A stretch of DNA of 63,386 nucleotides, counting the filler, from Octopus bimaculoides (taxonomy: Eukaryota): assembly GCF_001194135.2 (NCBI RefSeq). It is 7 parts of 7 records of this genome, joined end to end, with 100 filler letters (N's around TTAATTAATTAA, not from the genome) between each part and the next. Parts side by side here need not be neighbours in the genome. Positions count along the whole stretch, not along the records: positions 1 to 17,683 come from NC_068982.1; positions 17,784 to 30,761 come from NC_068999.1; 5 more parts are not named here. One strand, 5' to 3'. Positions 12,650 through 26,479 of the stretch are shown in pieces. Every line of letters starts with the position of its first letter. The stretch's first letter is position 1. Both the position numbers and the translations under genes were made by a program. The notes under the pieces are model-generated. The model had not been told where the DNA came from, made no database searches, and saw only the letters and a program-made list of their open reading frames with translations.

Positions 12650-14193
12650 TGATATTGCCGTTGATGTTGTTCTGTTGATCTGTGTTGTTACTTTTAGATG
12701 GCTCGATGCTGCTGCTTTTGTCGTTACTATTTTCGATGTTCTGTAACAAGGGTTGATTTGTTAGTGTTGTCATCGTTGTTGTAAATATTGTTTATATAAA
12801 ATATGCTTGTACAAGTAGACAACAAACCAAAATAATTTTGTTTTCCTTCTTTTTTTTTCCATTTCAAGAAGGTGCTTATCAGTTGACTCTATATCGATAT
12901 TTTATGTTCATAAATATTAGACATGATAGAACAAGAATAGAAGCGAATAGTCGAAATAAATATTGAAGCCACAATGTGGAGCTCATAGAGATAGTTCCTT
13001 CGTTAAATGCCTGTTTCACAACCAACAGCAACGTCAAGTTAGTTCCGAAGAAACGTTTTGTATACCCATACTTTTAACGTTACAGGAAATTATATGCCTG
13101 AAGTTAAACATAATTGCCTGCAATATAAATTAATGTGACCCAGTAGCAAACAGGGTAGCACGTCGGGTAGAATTCTATGCAATGTTATTTCCTGTTCTTT
13201 AGGCTTCGGTCTCAAATCCATCATTATTAATATTTACGGCTGACATTTTATCAGAGGAGCGAGATTATAAACCAGAGGTTGATATATTCAGATATGTCCC
13301 TGGTGGGTATCCTTTTGTTTCTCCAGTGTGATTATATACATACATACATACATACACACGTACACACATTCTCAAGTGCACCCATTCATTTTATATCAAG
13401 CTAAACTACTGACCACTTGAGATCTATACAGGCCGACAAACGAAATCCTTTGAAATGTTAATGATTCTATATCTTATTTATCATCATTATCAAAATTGTT
13501 GTCGTCATCAACATCGTCATCATCATCGATGTCTTCATAATCATCATCATTGTCGTTGTCGTCGTCCTCATCATCATGATCATAACCGCTATCTTCATAA
13601 CCTTACTTTGCTATGAGCTAGAAATCGTTATCACCTGGCGCATGCAATAAAAAGTAATCTGTTTCGCTCTTTTGTTTGTTTTTGTAATTTTTTTTTTTTT
13701 CGTGTCTGTTGTTTTTTCTTTTTAAAAACTTTCTGTTGTCAACTTTATTTCCTGTTGAATCTCGTTACGAAATGAAAGATCGCTGAAGGTCTTTGTAGAA
13801 AATTTCCGATTGCAATACAATAGAGTTCGAAAGATTAACGAACTAGGTTACTACAGTACATGACAAAAGTATTATTGAGAATATCCAACAATGTGAACTC
13901 GCATTCCAATATTGTGTAACAAACACTACCAATTTTCCGAAAGGTTAAATGAGATTTTTTTCTTTCTCAATTTCGTGTGTGTGAGTGTGTGCGTGTGTTA
14001 GACTGTGTACTTGTTTCTGTATATTTCTCAATGTGTCTACTTGTGTTTATGTATTCCAGGGAAGTGTAAAATCTATGAGCAAAATAATAAATAATGAGCA
14101 TAAAATATAAATATATGATGAGGCTGTCACTCTGTTGATGAATATCCAGAGATCTTTGACATTTGCATATCACTCCGAATGACCGGATGGCAA

Positions 14194-14304
14194 TAAAACT
14201 AGCTCAAGGCAGTAAAACTAGCTCAAGGCAGTAAAACTAGCTCAAGGCAGTAAAACTAGCTCAAGGCAGTAAAATTAGCTCAAGGCAGTAAAACTAGCTC
14301 AAGG
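14194..14304. repeat. 19-bp minisatellite TAAAACTAGCTCAAGGCAG x5.8
   Basis: Five full units (one with a C>T change) plus a 16-nt partial unit. Confidence 0.97.
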
Positions 14305-14305
14305 A

Positions 14306-14522
14306 ATATTGTTCCCCAATTTTGGCACAAGGCCAGTATGTTCGGAGGAGGGCCTAAGTAGATTTCATCAGCTCCAGGGTTCAACTTGTACCTACTTTAT
14401 CTTACTTAAGGATAAAAAGCAAAGTCAGCCACGGCGGAATTTGAACTTAGAAGGAAATGACGGACAAAATGCTGCCAAGAAAATTGCTCCACATGTTAAT
14501 GATTCTGGCAGCTCACCGTCTT
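14306..14522 (-). mobile_element. SINE family B, degraded
   Basis: ggcacaaggcc...cggcggaatttgaact...gattctggcagctcaccgtct matches other B copies. Confidence 0.8.
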
Positions 14523-16246
14523 AAGGCTCAATGAATATTAGTTTCAAACAACTGTTATATAAATGCTTGAAAATTAACATAAAGTAAGTTACTCCAACCA
14601 AAATTTCCCAAACACAGAAGAGAACGACTCATAATTGAGATACCAGAACGAACATATACGATACGGAGTCTGTTTCTTTCGCAGTTGAAGTGTTTCATTA
14701 AAGTTATATTTCGACAGTGTACTTCCAGTAAGTGCAGAAATCATTACAGAGCAGTTGTATTATAGCAGCTACTGCAATGTTATTTCCTTAAACCCACAAG
14801 TAGGTTTTGATATCCCAACCACCACTTAGTTGCTTGAATCCATTTAAAATCATTTATAGAAAATCTAGATAATTACGAACACCTCTGATCTTATATATTA
14901 AAGACATTACAACTTTGACATTACCCACACCATTTAGGTGTTTCCTTACAACTACCACATCATAGTGTCATTAATACAATCACCGAGTTGTGTCATTAGA
15001 AAGATTTATAAGATCTCATTTCAGTCAACATTTAGTAGATTCATTAGAACAACTTAACCATTTTATTGCAAGTATCGCTTAGCTTTGTCATTAAAACTAA
15101 CACCGATCAAAGTCATTACAAACACCTCATAGCTTTTTCAGTGCATAACTCCTTCATATGAAAGCGTCCTGTAGCTATGAAATAAATATTTTTACATTAG
15201 TGGTAGCATCAATATCCATTGAAAATACAATTCTTATGCTTTAAACTTTTAGACAATTTAATAAATAATGCATTCTGCGTTTTACAATCTACCATTTTTC
15301 ATCCATGCATATAATTATACTTCCAGATGTCTACATATATTTCCCAGAAAAAATATTTTATATGCTTATAAATATGTATATCAATGAATCTATAACTAAG
15401 GTGTATTTTCCTCAAACTTTTTACATCAATAATAGTTTTTCAACTTCATTTTTGTTTTTAGCACGTCTACTTTCAATTATATTTGTCTCTGTTTATTAAT
15501 AATCTATTGATTGATTGATCGATTTTCCTCTTGACTAGAACGCTATTTCCTAAGTGCATTTTACTTCAGCATCCACCATGTCTCTTTTATTTTCTACTAA
15601 ACACATTTTCCTCTGTTTTTACTTGGTGTGAGATTTTTGTCTGGCTTATATATTCCTCTGTTTTTTCCTACTTTTTATGCACTCATTTATTATCATCCAT
15701 TTTTGTTTATTTATTCATAAATATGTTCGTACTATTATTTTCATCTTTTTATTTCGCAAATAAATTTCCCTCTCTCACAGACAGGTGCAAGTCTCTATCG
15801 CATTCAATGTATGTAACTGTTTAATATGTATGTATTCTTGCGAGAATAAATGCGTGTGTGTGTGTTAGTTTGAGTGCGTACGCGTATGCGTAAAAATCTG
15901 TGCCTGAACGTGGAGGGGGGGCACGTGTACGCATGAGTCAAAAGTACACCTACGTGTGTCTATACGCTTATTTGTTGATATGCAGACAGTTCTCGAATAT
16001 GTATATATNNNNNNNNNNNNNNNNNNNNNNNNNNNNNNNNNNNNNNNNNNNNNNNNNNNNNNNNNNNNNNNNNNNNNNNNNNNNNNNNNNNNNNNNNNNN
16101 NNNNNNNNNNNNNNNNNNNNNNNNNNNNNNNNNNNNNNNNNNNNNNNNNNNNNNNNNNNNNNNNNNNNNNNNNNNNNNNNNNNNNNNNNNNNNNNATATA
16201 TATATATATGTATATGTATATGGGGGGTGTATATATATAGAAAAAG

Positions 16247-16308
<62 letters not shown>

Positions 16309-17286
16309 CGCACTACACACGATCATGCGCATATACACACATATGGGTAGCATTTTATGCATATATGTACGAATGTAAGCAAGTGTATTTCTTTATCTCA
16401 CTATAAACAAATTTGTGTGCTCCATTATAAATATATATATATATATATATACACGTATGTATGTGGGTATGCTTGTATGTATGTATGTATGTATGTATGT
16501 AACTATCTATATACATATGTATTTGACAGCATATATTCAAATTACCTACTCACGTGTGAAATTTGTTTACTGAAATGAATAGGTAGTATAGAGTAGTAGT
16601 TACATTCTAGATGATATAACACGCTTCTGTATCACTATATCTTTAATAGTCGCTGAATTCAATCATCATTGAAGTGACACCCACTATTCCTCAAATGAAG
16701 CGACATTTTTGCAAAGACAGCAACGACAAATAAGTTTGGAATAGGAAAATAAACAAATGATGGATTTCTGATTAAAATGTCTTGTCGTTGTAGGCGTTGT
16801 TATTACAACTATTTTTAGCCAAACAGTTGCATTGTTCAAAGGCTGCATTTGATGCTCATCTCGTTTAATTTAGGATGAACGGTATCTAAATGTTTTTCCA
16901 ATTAGTTATATGCAGTGCATGAGTTCAGTAAAGTTTGACCACAATCGTCTAGCGGATTAAACAAACTAGAATGCTTCAGTTCCTAGAAATCTATTACGTA
17001 ATGGAGCGGTGAAAATATACCGTTTTTTATTCACTGCAAGGGAGTTCATAAATAAATTTTGTTGATATGTTTAGTAACGTAAGTATCTAAAAGAGAAATA
17101 TATTTCATATCAGATAGTGGAATAATTAGTTTAGCGGTGATATCTGCATATATTTTTCTTTGATATGGAACTGTTGTTACCATGTAACAAATTCGATAGC
17201 GTAAGATAAATGAAAGGTAACTTATAAAAAAAAATTAACTTTAAACAAAGGATTTAATCTCCCTATATATCTATATATCTATATAT

Positions 17287-17338
<52 letters not shown>

Positions 17339-17727
17339 TTATCTATCTATCCATTTATCTACCTATCTATCTCTGTGTCTCTATCTATCTATCTATCTAT
17401 CTCTACATATATACTTCAAGTTACGTAGTCTCATTATGGAGCATGACGACTTCAGGCTTCTGGAAAAGCCATTCTAGAGGTGTGAAGAGTTTGGGCTCCG
17501 TTAGGTGACCACTTAACGTAGTACGAAAATCGAATCAAACTTTTTAAAGTAATATAGATAGGTAGATATAGATAGATAGGTAGATATAGATAGATAGGTA
17601 GATATACATTTCTTTTATTAGCCACACAGGGCTCAACGAAGATGGGACAAATACAATGTAGAGCTTTTCTTTTTGGGAGGGGGNNNNNNNNNNNNNNNNN
17701 NNNNNNNNNNNNNNNNNNNNNNNNNNN

Positions 17728-17739
17728 TTAATTAATTAA
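17728..17739. other. Artificial scaffolding linker N44-TTAATTAATTAA-N44 (also at 30806, 36015, 41587, 52739, 60865)
   Basis: Identical 12-mer centred in 100-bp spacers six times; it places stop codons in all six frames. Confidence 0.95.
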
Positions 17740-17783
17740 NNNNNNNNNNNNNNNNNNNNNNNNNNNNNNNNNNNNNNNNNNNN

Positions 17784-17817
<34 letters not shown>

Positions 17818-18586
17818 TTTATTATGCTCACACTCGCGCAGGCGCATATGTATACACTACACAAATACGTACACTTATGCATGCACTAACATGAAGCGTT
17901 TGAATATGGCGGACAACACATCCTGTATTTCGTGATAATTCTTATTCTAAAGCAGGTTCATAGCTTCAAAGAGAGAGGATGTATCCAGTAAATGTCTTTC
18001 ATTAAACTATATAGACGTAAGCAAACGAAACACACAACATGAACGACACAACGACAACAGAAAGTACAAGAGGAACTAGAACAACGGTTTCTGTAATAAC
18101 CAATGCCATAATTACACGAATGATCATGGTAATGATGGTGATGCTTGCAGCCATGATGCTGAGGGTAAATGAAGAACACAAAAGCTAGTAAGAAACTGAA
18201 ACAGACTGACTGGCGATGGCTATGGTGTAAGGATAAAACCGCCATGTTATGTTATTCAGCTAAACAGAGTGAAGCTATTTAAGTAGAACAAAACGAACAG
18301 TTGTGCTGAAAAGTTTGTAAACTTCAAGGCGGAAACTGTACGTGCTTTTATAACATAATAGAAGGAGGAAATGATATTGAATCGAAATTTCGTTTCCAAA
18401 TATGAGGAATTCCATTCGATTTTACTATGTTATGTTACATGTAAGGATTAACACTATGAAACGAGAGGTGGAAAGCTTAGCTTACCAATTATTCTGATAA
18501 TAATAAATAAATGATTCGTTCTAGTAGAATTACACTTCTATTATTAGTTCTGGCGGAGATAGTAAAATTGGTAGCAGCAGCAATAA

Positions 18587-18659
<73 letters not shown>

Positions 18660-18759
18660 TGTCGTTTTGTTAGTGATAGTATTAGTATTAGTAGCAATAG
18701 TAGTAGCAGTAGCAGCAATAGTAGATATAGCAGCAACAGCAGCAGCAACTTGCTGTGTC

Positions 18760-19450
18760 TGGAAGAAGACGTCTGGTTAGGTAAGGTATGCATGAACCAT
18801 TTATCAGCATTTGCTCGAGTCGTCCCGTACAATCTTCGAAACAGTGTCCCAGTCGGTCCCCATTTCTCCAAGATTCTTTGCCATCCACCGTGATTATGTT
18901 AGAATGTGGTCGGCCAACACGAGCCGCTACCCTGGCCGTATCTTCAGAGAAGAGAACACAGTTGGCAGGATCCAACTCGAAACGTCGAGTGACGTGTCCA
19001 AGCAGTTTCATTTGACGCCCTCCGAATTATACAAGTAACAGACATGTCGCATCCCAGATTTTTGTAGACTCAGCGAAATCTTTGGAGTTGATGCTGTTAA
19101 TGCTCCTTTTAAAGTATTGCAGATAGTTACTTTCAGGAAATATATGAACAGTGCAGATTTCTAAGGGCTGAAGTTCTAGAAAGAAAGTGTTAAGCATAAA
19201 AGCTGAGTATAAAGGTTGCGCATAAAAGATATTGAATGGCACTGGTTGTTTTTGTTCACAAGAGCGGTTGGTGCAACTAGTAAATCATGGATTGCTTGAG
19301 TGCTGGAAGTACGAGACCACTGAACTCGGTGAAGCATCGACAAGAGGTTGTTGGTGTTACTTAACGCCCAGGCAATCTAACGATCAAAGTCGCTACACCC
19401 GTGAAGATTGCATCTTTTATTCACATATGTCAAGAATTATGTGATGCAAA
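18760..19450 (-). mobile_element. RTE-like LINE ORF2 3' remnant, heavily degraded
   Basis: KLLGHVTRR..VLFSED..ARVGRPHSNII..CFEDCTGR resembles the RTE C-terminal GHxxR..GRP..DR region. Confidence 0.5.
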
Positions 19451-19881
19451 GTCATATTGTCGTGGTTTGAGGTATTTTTTTCGCCTGGATCGATGTGATT
19501 TGATAAACTAAGCTTGTTACTTACAAACATCGATTGATTACACACAGATTCTACCAATGTCTTTAGATATATCGTGTTGTTTTTCATATTGTTGCTATTA
19601 TTTAGTCACAGATTATCCCATATTAAGCAGACTTATAATCTAAGGTGTTCTAGCTTTGATCAAAATGTGCTTATTGAGAAATAAATGACTTATTATGATA
19701 TGTAATATCTGTTTTCCCTGGTTTAAGGATAACACAGTTCTTACCGAAGCAAACTCGACTGTCATTTACAGGCGGCTAAAGAAGTTGGGAGAGACTGATC
19801 TTAATCAGTATTATTGTAGAAGATACGAAGACACAGATATTTTAAAAGCCGGTTATTATTATTGCTTTTCTTGCGGTGGTC

Positions 19882-19931
<50 letters not shown>

Positions 19932-21913
19932 CTTCTTCTTCTTCTTCTTCTTCTTCTTCTTCTTCTTCTTCTTCTTCTTCTATTTCTCAAATAAGTCATT
20001 TCCTTTGCTTATTATAGATATCGTTATGATTGAGCGGGAAATTTTATATTGTTAAAAATGTTCACAAATGTAGTTTAGCCCCCTATATCTGCGAATCTCC
20101 ACCCACTTTAACTTCATATCTACCAAAAAAAAAAAAAAATTCCCTATATCCCCCACCGCAAAACCTTATTGGCGATGTGTGATTTGTGAAATACTGTCTT
20201 ACTATTTTTAGTAAATCGTGGGACCATATCGACGCATCCTTCTTGAATCAGAAATGTTTCCCTTGTACGATATCTCTGATTAATTCCATCTACTCTTCTC
20301 TGTAATGTAGGAAAAATGGTTAGAGAAATTCTATGGAGGAAACAATGATTGCAGCCTTGGATTATATCGTGCCATATTTCTGTCAATGTTCATGCAAATC
20401 TTTTTATAACAGAAGCTAATGTTGTTCTTTAAACCTTGATAATCTTTAATCCAATAAACGTGTAATCTAAGGTGGCTTAACTGTATTGATCCCATCTCTT
20501 TAAAGTCAAGAACAATTATGTCATCTGATTAGTCCTTTGCCACTTGGGCCGGTAGTATGTGATTTAAGGAAGAATTGCCGGCTAATCAGGAAGAGTAAAA
20601 CAGCCATTTTTTCGGCCTGCAGGTATGTAAACACATTATTCGCAGTGAAAAGGAGGATGAATTCAGCTTTCAATTTAAATCAATAATGCAAAGATTTCTA
20701 TTTTCGCCGTCGCATTCCATGGACCTAGAAATGGAAATATCTTTGAATCCCAATTACGATTTAAAGAAAAGGAGAAATATTCGGTAAATGTTTGGAAATA
20801 GTGCTCTAATCGTTAGCTCAGAACGAATTATTTGCATTTCACAGAACACAAGGGGTATGAAAAGTGAATGGTAAAATCTGCTTTTCCTTACAATAAAGTT
20901 GCATAAGATTATAATTTCCATTTAGTGCTTAGAATCTACTTAAAGTATTGTGCCAAATGTTACTTTGCATACTACTGAATAAAAATGTCCGACGATTCGC
21001 TTTTAATGAATTAAGACGCAACCAATTACAGCACTCTACCATCAGTATCATCATCACCGTAAACACCACAAACACCTCAACCATAAAACTATAAAAAACA
21101 CAACCATCACCACCATTACCACCACTACCACCACTACTACGACAACTACACACACATCGACAATAAAAAAAAAAAACAGCAGCAACTTTATTAATTCACG
21201 ATTCAAAAACAGAAAGACTGTATGGTCTTTAAATAGCAGTCCAAACGCGTTGCAGCATATTTAAAAAAAATCAGATTAGAACATGCCTACTTAGATGCTT
21301 TGTATTTGAAAGACGAAGGTATATATACTGCATCGCTCCCACGTTCATAATTATGCTCGATTCGCAATTAAGCTCGATGACTATCAACCGTGAGCTAAGT
21401 AACAAAAACAGCTACTACTACTACTACTACTACTACGACTACTACTACTACTACTACTACTACTAGCACCTCCACCACTCCAATAGAACAAAGCAGTTAC
21501 TTTGCGTGAATTTTTTCCATCCATTACAATAGAAGAGAATAGATATTTTTATCTACAAATCTAATCCATTATACAACAACGTAAGCCAATTACCATCTGT
21601 GAAAGGGATTAAGCCGTTACACAATTTTCCTCGCAGTTCCTAGCTAGCATCCATTTTAGTGTAGTCGGTGAGCGGTTGATATCTCTTATTCTCGACATCT
21701 GTTTTCTAATTCTAGAAGCCTAGTAGGACTACCACCACAACAATAATAATACTACTACTAATATTGTTTAAAATGCAAGAAATGGAAAAGCTAAATTCTA
21801 TTTTAGTCTAACAACCTGTGCATTTCTGTATCCGCTTTAACTAAAACAGTATTCTACTTCAAGCACGACGATACACGCTTGTTCGAGGAAAGTGCAGATG
21901 ATAAAAGGACTCA

Positions 21914-22076
21914 GGCGCAGGAGTGGCTGTGTGGTAATTAGCTTGCTCACTTACCACATCGTTCCGGATTCAGTCCCACTGCGTGGCACCTTGGGTAAGT
22001 GTTTTCTACTATAATCCCGGCCCGACCATAGCCTTGTGAGTGGATTTGGTAGACAGAAACTGAAACAAGCCCGTCG

Positions 22077-22109
<33 letters not shown>

Positions 22110-22358
22110 ATATGTTTGTGTGTGTGTGTATATGGTTGTTTGTCTGTGTTTATACCCCCCACACACACGCAACATCCCTTGACAACCGATGCTGGTGTGT
22201 TTACGTCCCCGTAACTTAACGGTTCGGCAAAGAGAGACCGATAGAATAAGTACTAGGCTTACAAAGAATAAGTCCTGGGTTCGACTTGCTCGACTAAAGA
22301 TGGTACTCCAACATAGCCACAGTCAAACGACTGAAACAAGTAAAAGAGTAAAAGAGTA
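21914..22358 (+). mobile_element. tRNA-derived SINE family A, full length, with internal (TA)n(TG)n
   Basis: Head ggcgcaggagtggctgtgtggtaa with B-box-like ggattcagtcc; core gtgagtggatttggtagac; tail gactgaaacaagtaaaagagtaaaagag. Confidence 0.9.
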
Positions 22359-22360
22359 AC

Positions 22361-22557
22361 GGGTTTCAAGTTTTGGCACAGTGCCAGCAATTTAAAAGGA
22401 AGGGACAAATGGATTACATCGATCCCACTGCTCAATTGGTTCCTATTTTATCGATCTTCGAAAAGGATAAAAGGATAAATGAATCTCGATGGCAATTGAA
22501 TTCACAAAGTAAAGACGAACGAAATGCCGCTAAGCATTTTGTCCGGCATCACCGCTT
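22361..22557 (-). mobile_element. SINE family B, degraded, tail-to-tail with the family A copy
   Basis: ttggcacagtgccagcaatt...gattacatcgatccc...aaatgccgctaagcattttgtccggc. Confidence 0.8.
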
Positions 22558-24499
22558 TTTACAAAATTATAGTTAAAATTTCATAATGAAATGAAGATGT
22601 TGCAAAACCAGAGAGCCAAGGGTTAAAAATAAATATGAGATGCACTTTATCCTTTCCTGTTAATCACCGTATTATGTTACCAGAAAGAAAAGATATTTGT
22701 TATGGAAAATAATGCTATTAATAGTAGACTCGCTACAGCTACGAGAAAGCAATTGAATTAAGTGGTTAACATACCTTCCTTTCTTGGCTCGAGACTACCC
22801 GAGTTGCCTATGACTGCCACTCTTAAAAAGCTAGTAATTGCAAGCTGTAGTAAATACTAGATTAGACATTGTAGATGATTTCCAACAGTCTGTTTGTTGA
22901 TGTGCGTATAATAGAAGCCATGATTATTGTCGTTCCTTTTAGTTGTTAGGAGTATGTAAGATAAACGCAAGTGTAATAGTCGTGTAAAATAAAATATTCC
23001 GCTCTCCATGAAATATGTGACTCTATACCTATACCAGAAATTACAAATTATTTCCAAGAGCTCTTGTATATTGTTGCTACAGATTCATTGAGGAATCTAG
23101 GGGCATCGTCCGTGATCTGATCTGGGACGCAGAAAAAGTGTCCGAACAAATGATGTCAACTTCATGAAGATGTCGCTGGATACAACTAAGATAAAAGCTT
23201 TCAGGGTAATCTTAAACGATAAAAGAAATGTAACAAACGATCACAGTAACCATTGAAAGTAAGTAAGTTTAGAGCTTAGATTATAAAAGGAAATTATACC
23301 AAGCAAGATTTATAGACAGCTGGACCGACAATGTTTCAGTATATTTGAGTAATGATTCGAACCAGACACCCAGGTTAATAAGTAGAATGAAATCGTGAGT
23401 AAATAATGAGATTCAACTCGTAATGGCCTGCGCTGAAATTATCCCCAACCAATCTGACCGAAGTGGCAAATGGATATGTCTTTTCACTCTTTTTGGTAAT
23501 GTCTGACCGTTGTATCTTGTTCTATCTTCATCTAACCAGAATGGAGAATTTGGTTTCATTTAAGTCCCTGCGAGTCGGATAAGTTTCACTGGTTAAAAAA
23601 TCCAATCTGCTACCATCAATCTCAGAACAGAATGATTTGTATATCTTGATTTGTATGCTTTGATCATATACGAAGACTGCAGTATTTGCTGTTACTCCCG
23701 GGTTGAGAACTAGCTTGGTAGCTATTCGGCCTGATGTTGTTCCATAAAGAACTCTTACAAAATCTGCAAGTTTTACTGTTATAATTGTTTCCGACATTTG
23801 CTAGAACAAAAATGTTGAAAACACTTCAGTTTTTCGCATAATTAGGATAGACACAGTCATTTTAATGCGCCGTCTGCAGAAAAACAAAAAGTGTGAAAGA
23901 GCCTGATGTTGTAGAAGAAAGGGTGGTACGAAGCAGTCATGACAGCATAGGAGCGATAACAATAAAACTGTCACGTTTGCGTTGATAATTTTGTATGCGG
24001 TAGCAAAAAAGTCAAATTCCGAAAATTTTATAACAGATATAATAACAGAAAGGTATATGTTAACTTATACAGCATCACTATAACTATGGTGGAAAATTGC
24101 AATGAGGCGAAAAATGGTAACAACATAAACGACGCTGACCACGACAAAATGTCCGCTATCACCAACAGCCTCAGAAGGATTACCAATTAAATTGGCAATA
24201 ACAACAAACGCAAGTAGATAACATGGTGGGAAAGTGAATATATAAAAATGTCAAGAAAAAATGTTGAGAACATCAGCAGCAAGATAATTGAAAGAAGTGA
24301 CTAGAGCATCACTAACAACAGAATATAACAACAAGCGAAATAGCCATCTCTAAAAGAACAACGATATCAAAAACAATGATGATATACACGAAAAAACACT
24401 AGCCTCAACAACAACAAAAACACAACGATAGATTTACGAGAAGGAACATGCGAATGCATCAAATAGGAAAATATTAATAATAATAATCACAACAAAAAC

Positions 24500-24568
<69 letters not shown>

Positions 24569-24693
24569 GGTGGTAGTGGTGATAGTGGTGGTGGTAGTCA
24601 CGACTGCTAAAATAAACACAAAATCACAAGGATGTGGGGAAGGTACAGATATCTGGATTGACTATACTATTTGATTGCTAGATATGTTAAGCA

Positions 24694-24747
<54 letters not shown>

Positions 24748-25556
24748 AAAAATGAGGGAGAACTCCCAACAGCAAAAACAAAACAAAAATAAAACAATAA
24801 ACATCAGGCCCCACACCAACGCACACAGACACACACACACACACACACCAAAATTCATAAGCTGACTCCATTGTGGATTGCTTCGTCACAATCTTTTTGG
24901 CCTGGAAGAGAATTCACTTTTCCACCATCCGGTGGCTGCGGCTAAAAAGGTAGTGGGATAGATGTGGTTGAAAGGACTGAAGGCAGATACTTTGCTCCTT
25001 GGCCAAGCCCACGTCGACATTTTCAAGCTCCATTTGAAAAGGAACCCNNNNNNNNNNNNNNNNNNNNNNNNNNNNNNNNNNNNNNNNNNNNNNNNNNNNN
25101 NNNNNNNNNNNNNNNNNNNNNNNNNNNNNNNNNNNNNNNNNNNNNNNNNNNNNNNNNNNNNNNNNNNNNNNNNNNNNNNNNNNNNNNNNNNNNNNNNNNN
25201 NNNNNNNNNNNNNNNNNNNNNNNNNNNNNNNNNNNNNNNNNNNNNNNNNNNNNNNNNNNNNNNNNNNNNNNNNNNNNNNNNNNNNNNNNNNNNNNNNNNN
25301 NNNNNNNNNNNNNNNNNNNNNNNNNNNNNNNNNNNNNNNNNNNNNNNNNNNNNNNNNNNNNNNNNNNNNNNNNNNNNNNNNNNNNNNNNNNNNNNNNNNN
25401 NNNNNNNNNNNNNNNNNNNNNNNNNNNNNNNNNNNNNNNNNNNNNNNTTTTTTTTTTTTATTGTATACACTTATTCTTATGCTCAGCCCCACACATTTCT
25501 TGTTTTGCAATGTAGCTTTTTGCTTTTTCTTAGTCCCTAATAGTCAATAGAGAAAA

Positions 25557-25601
<45 letters not shown>

Positions 25602-26479
25602 CGTCATCGTCATCGTCGCCATCATCATCATCATCATCATTGTCAACGTCATCGTCGTCCACCTCCGCCTCCTCCTCCTCCTTCTCCTCCTCCTCCTCAT
25701 CATCATCATCAACATCAGCATCGCCATCACTAGTATCGATTCATTGATTGTCTCCACTAGATTGTTAGAAACGATTCAGTTTGTTTTCTATGAGCGTTCT
25801 TTTAACTGCAATTGTATGTCAAGTGTAATTATGAGAGTGGAATATTAAAAAAAAAAAAAAAACTATTGTCACTTAGGATTTTGATATGTCTCAGCAACAT
25901 CTAAATAGAATTAGCATATATTATTGGTGTAAATGAAGTGCCAGAGAATAGAAATATTGAGTCATCGGCGATGTGTCTGTGTTAATAATATAAACTATTA
26001 ATGTTCATTTATTACACATATCATTACAAGTACTGCTGTAGCTAATAATATTCACAAAATTTCGTTATTAGCCATAATTAACCTTATATACAATAGCGTG
26101 CCTGACAGAGAGAAAACTTAAGATATAATACAAAGATATGTGAAAAGTTGTTTTGAAAAGATACACATAATTTTAAATGAGCCATCGAAGAATGACAATA
26201 GTTAGTTTCATGGTACAACATGTCACTGGACGCCTTCTACTCCGATCATTTTTCGAATCTCCGGAAATGGTTGTATTGTATATTCGAGGTTCGCAAAATT
26301 TTGTGTCACTGCTGGTTAGATGTATCCATTAGATGTATCTGTTTATAAAAATAAAAATTTAAAAAAAAAACGTTTATATTGTGGTTTAATATTTCTCACC
26401 TGAATTTTATTAATCATTTAGAATCCTATTTCTCATCATTATGCTTCAGATCATTAAACCACTTTTTGTGGCGTTTGTA

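Noticed and set aside
14685-14727. 43-nt exon candidate with good acceptor and GTAAGT donor
   Set aside because: Such site pairs arise by chance in 63 kb; no partner exon or recognisable peptide
17684-17783. TTAATTAATTAA recurring six times, a possible PacI/homeobox-like site or regular repeat
   Set aside because: Always centred in N44/N44 spacers, so it is an artificial scaffolding linker
20144-20640. 80-aa ORF and possible transposase remnant
   Set aside because: No DDE motif or TIR could be identified in any frame
21914-21990. tRNA-like A/B boxes at SINE heads
   Set aside because: No complete cloverleaf, and followed by SINE bodies; not tRNA genes
22850-23800. Possible L1/Tx1 zinc-finger or gypsy integrase remnant (FFCVPDQITDDAPRF; RLLHLRL..HINKQTVGNHLQC)
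   Set aside because: The two readings conflict and neither keeps diagnostic residues; needs an HMM search
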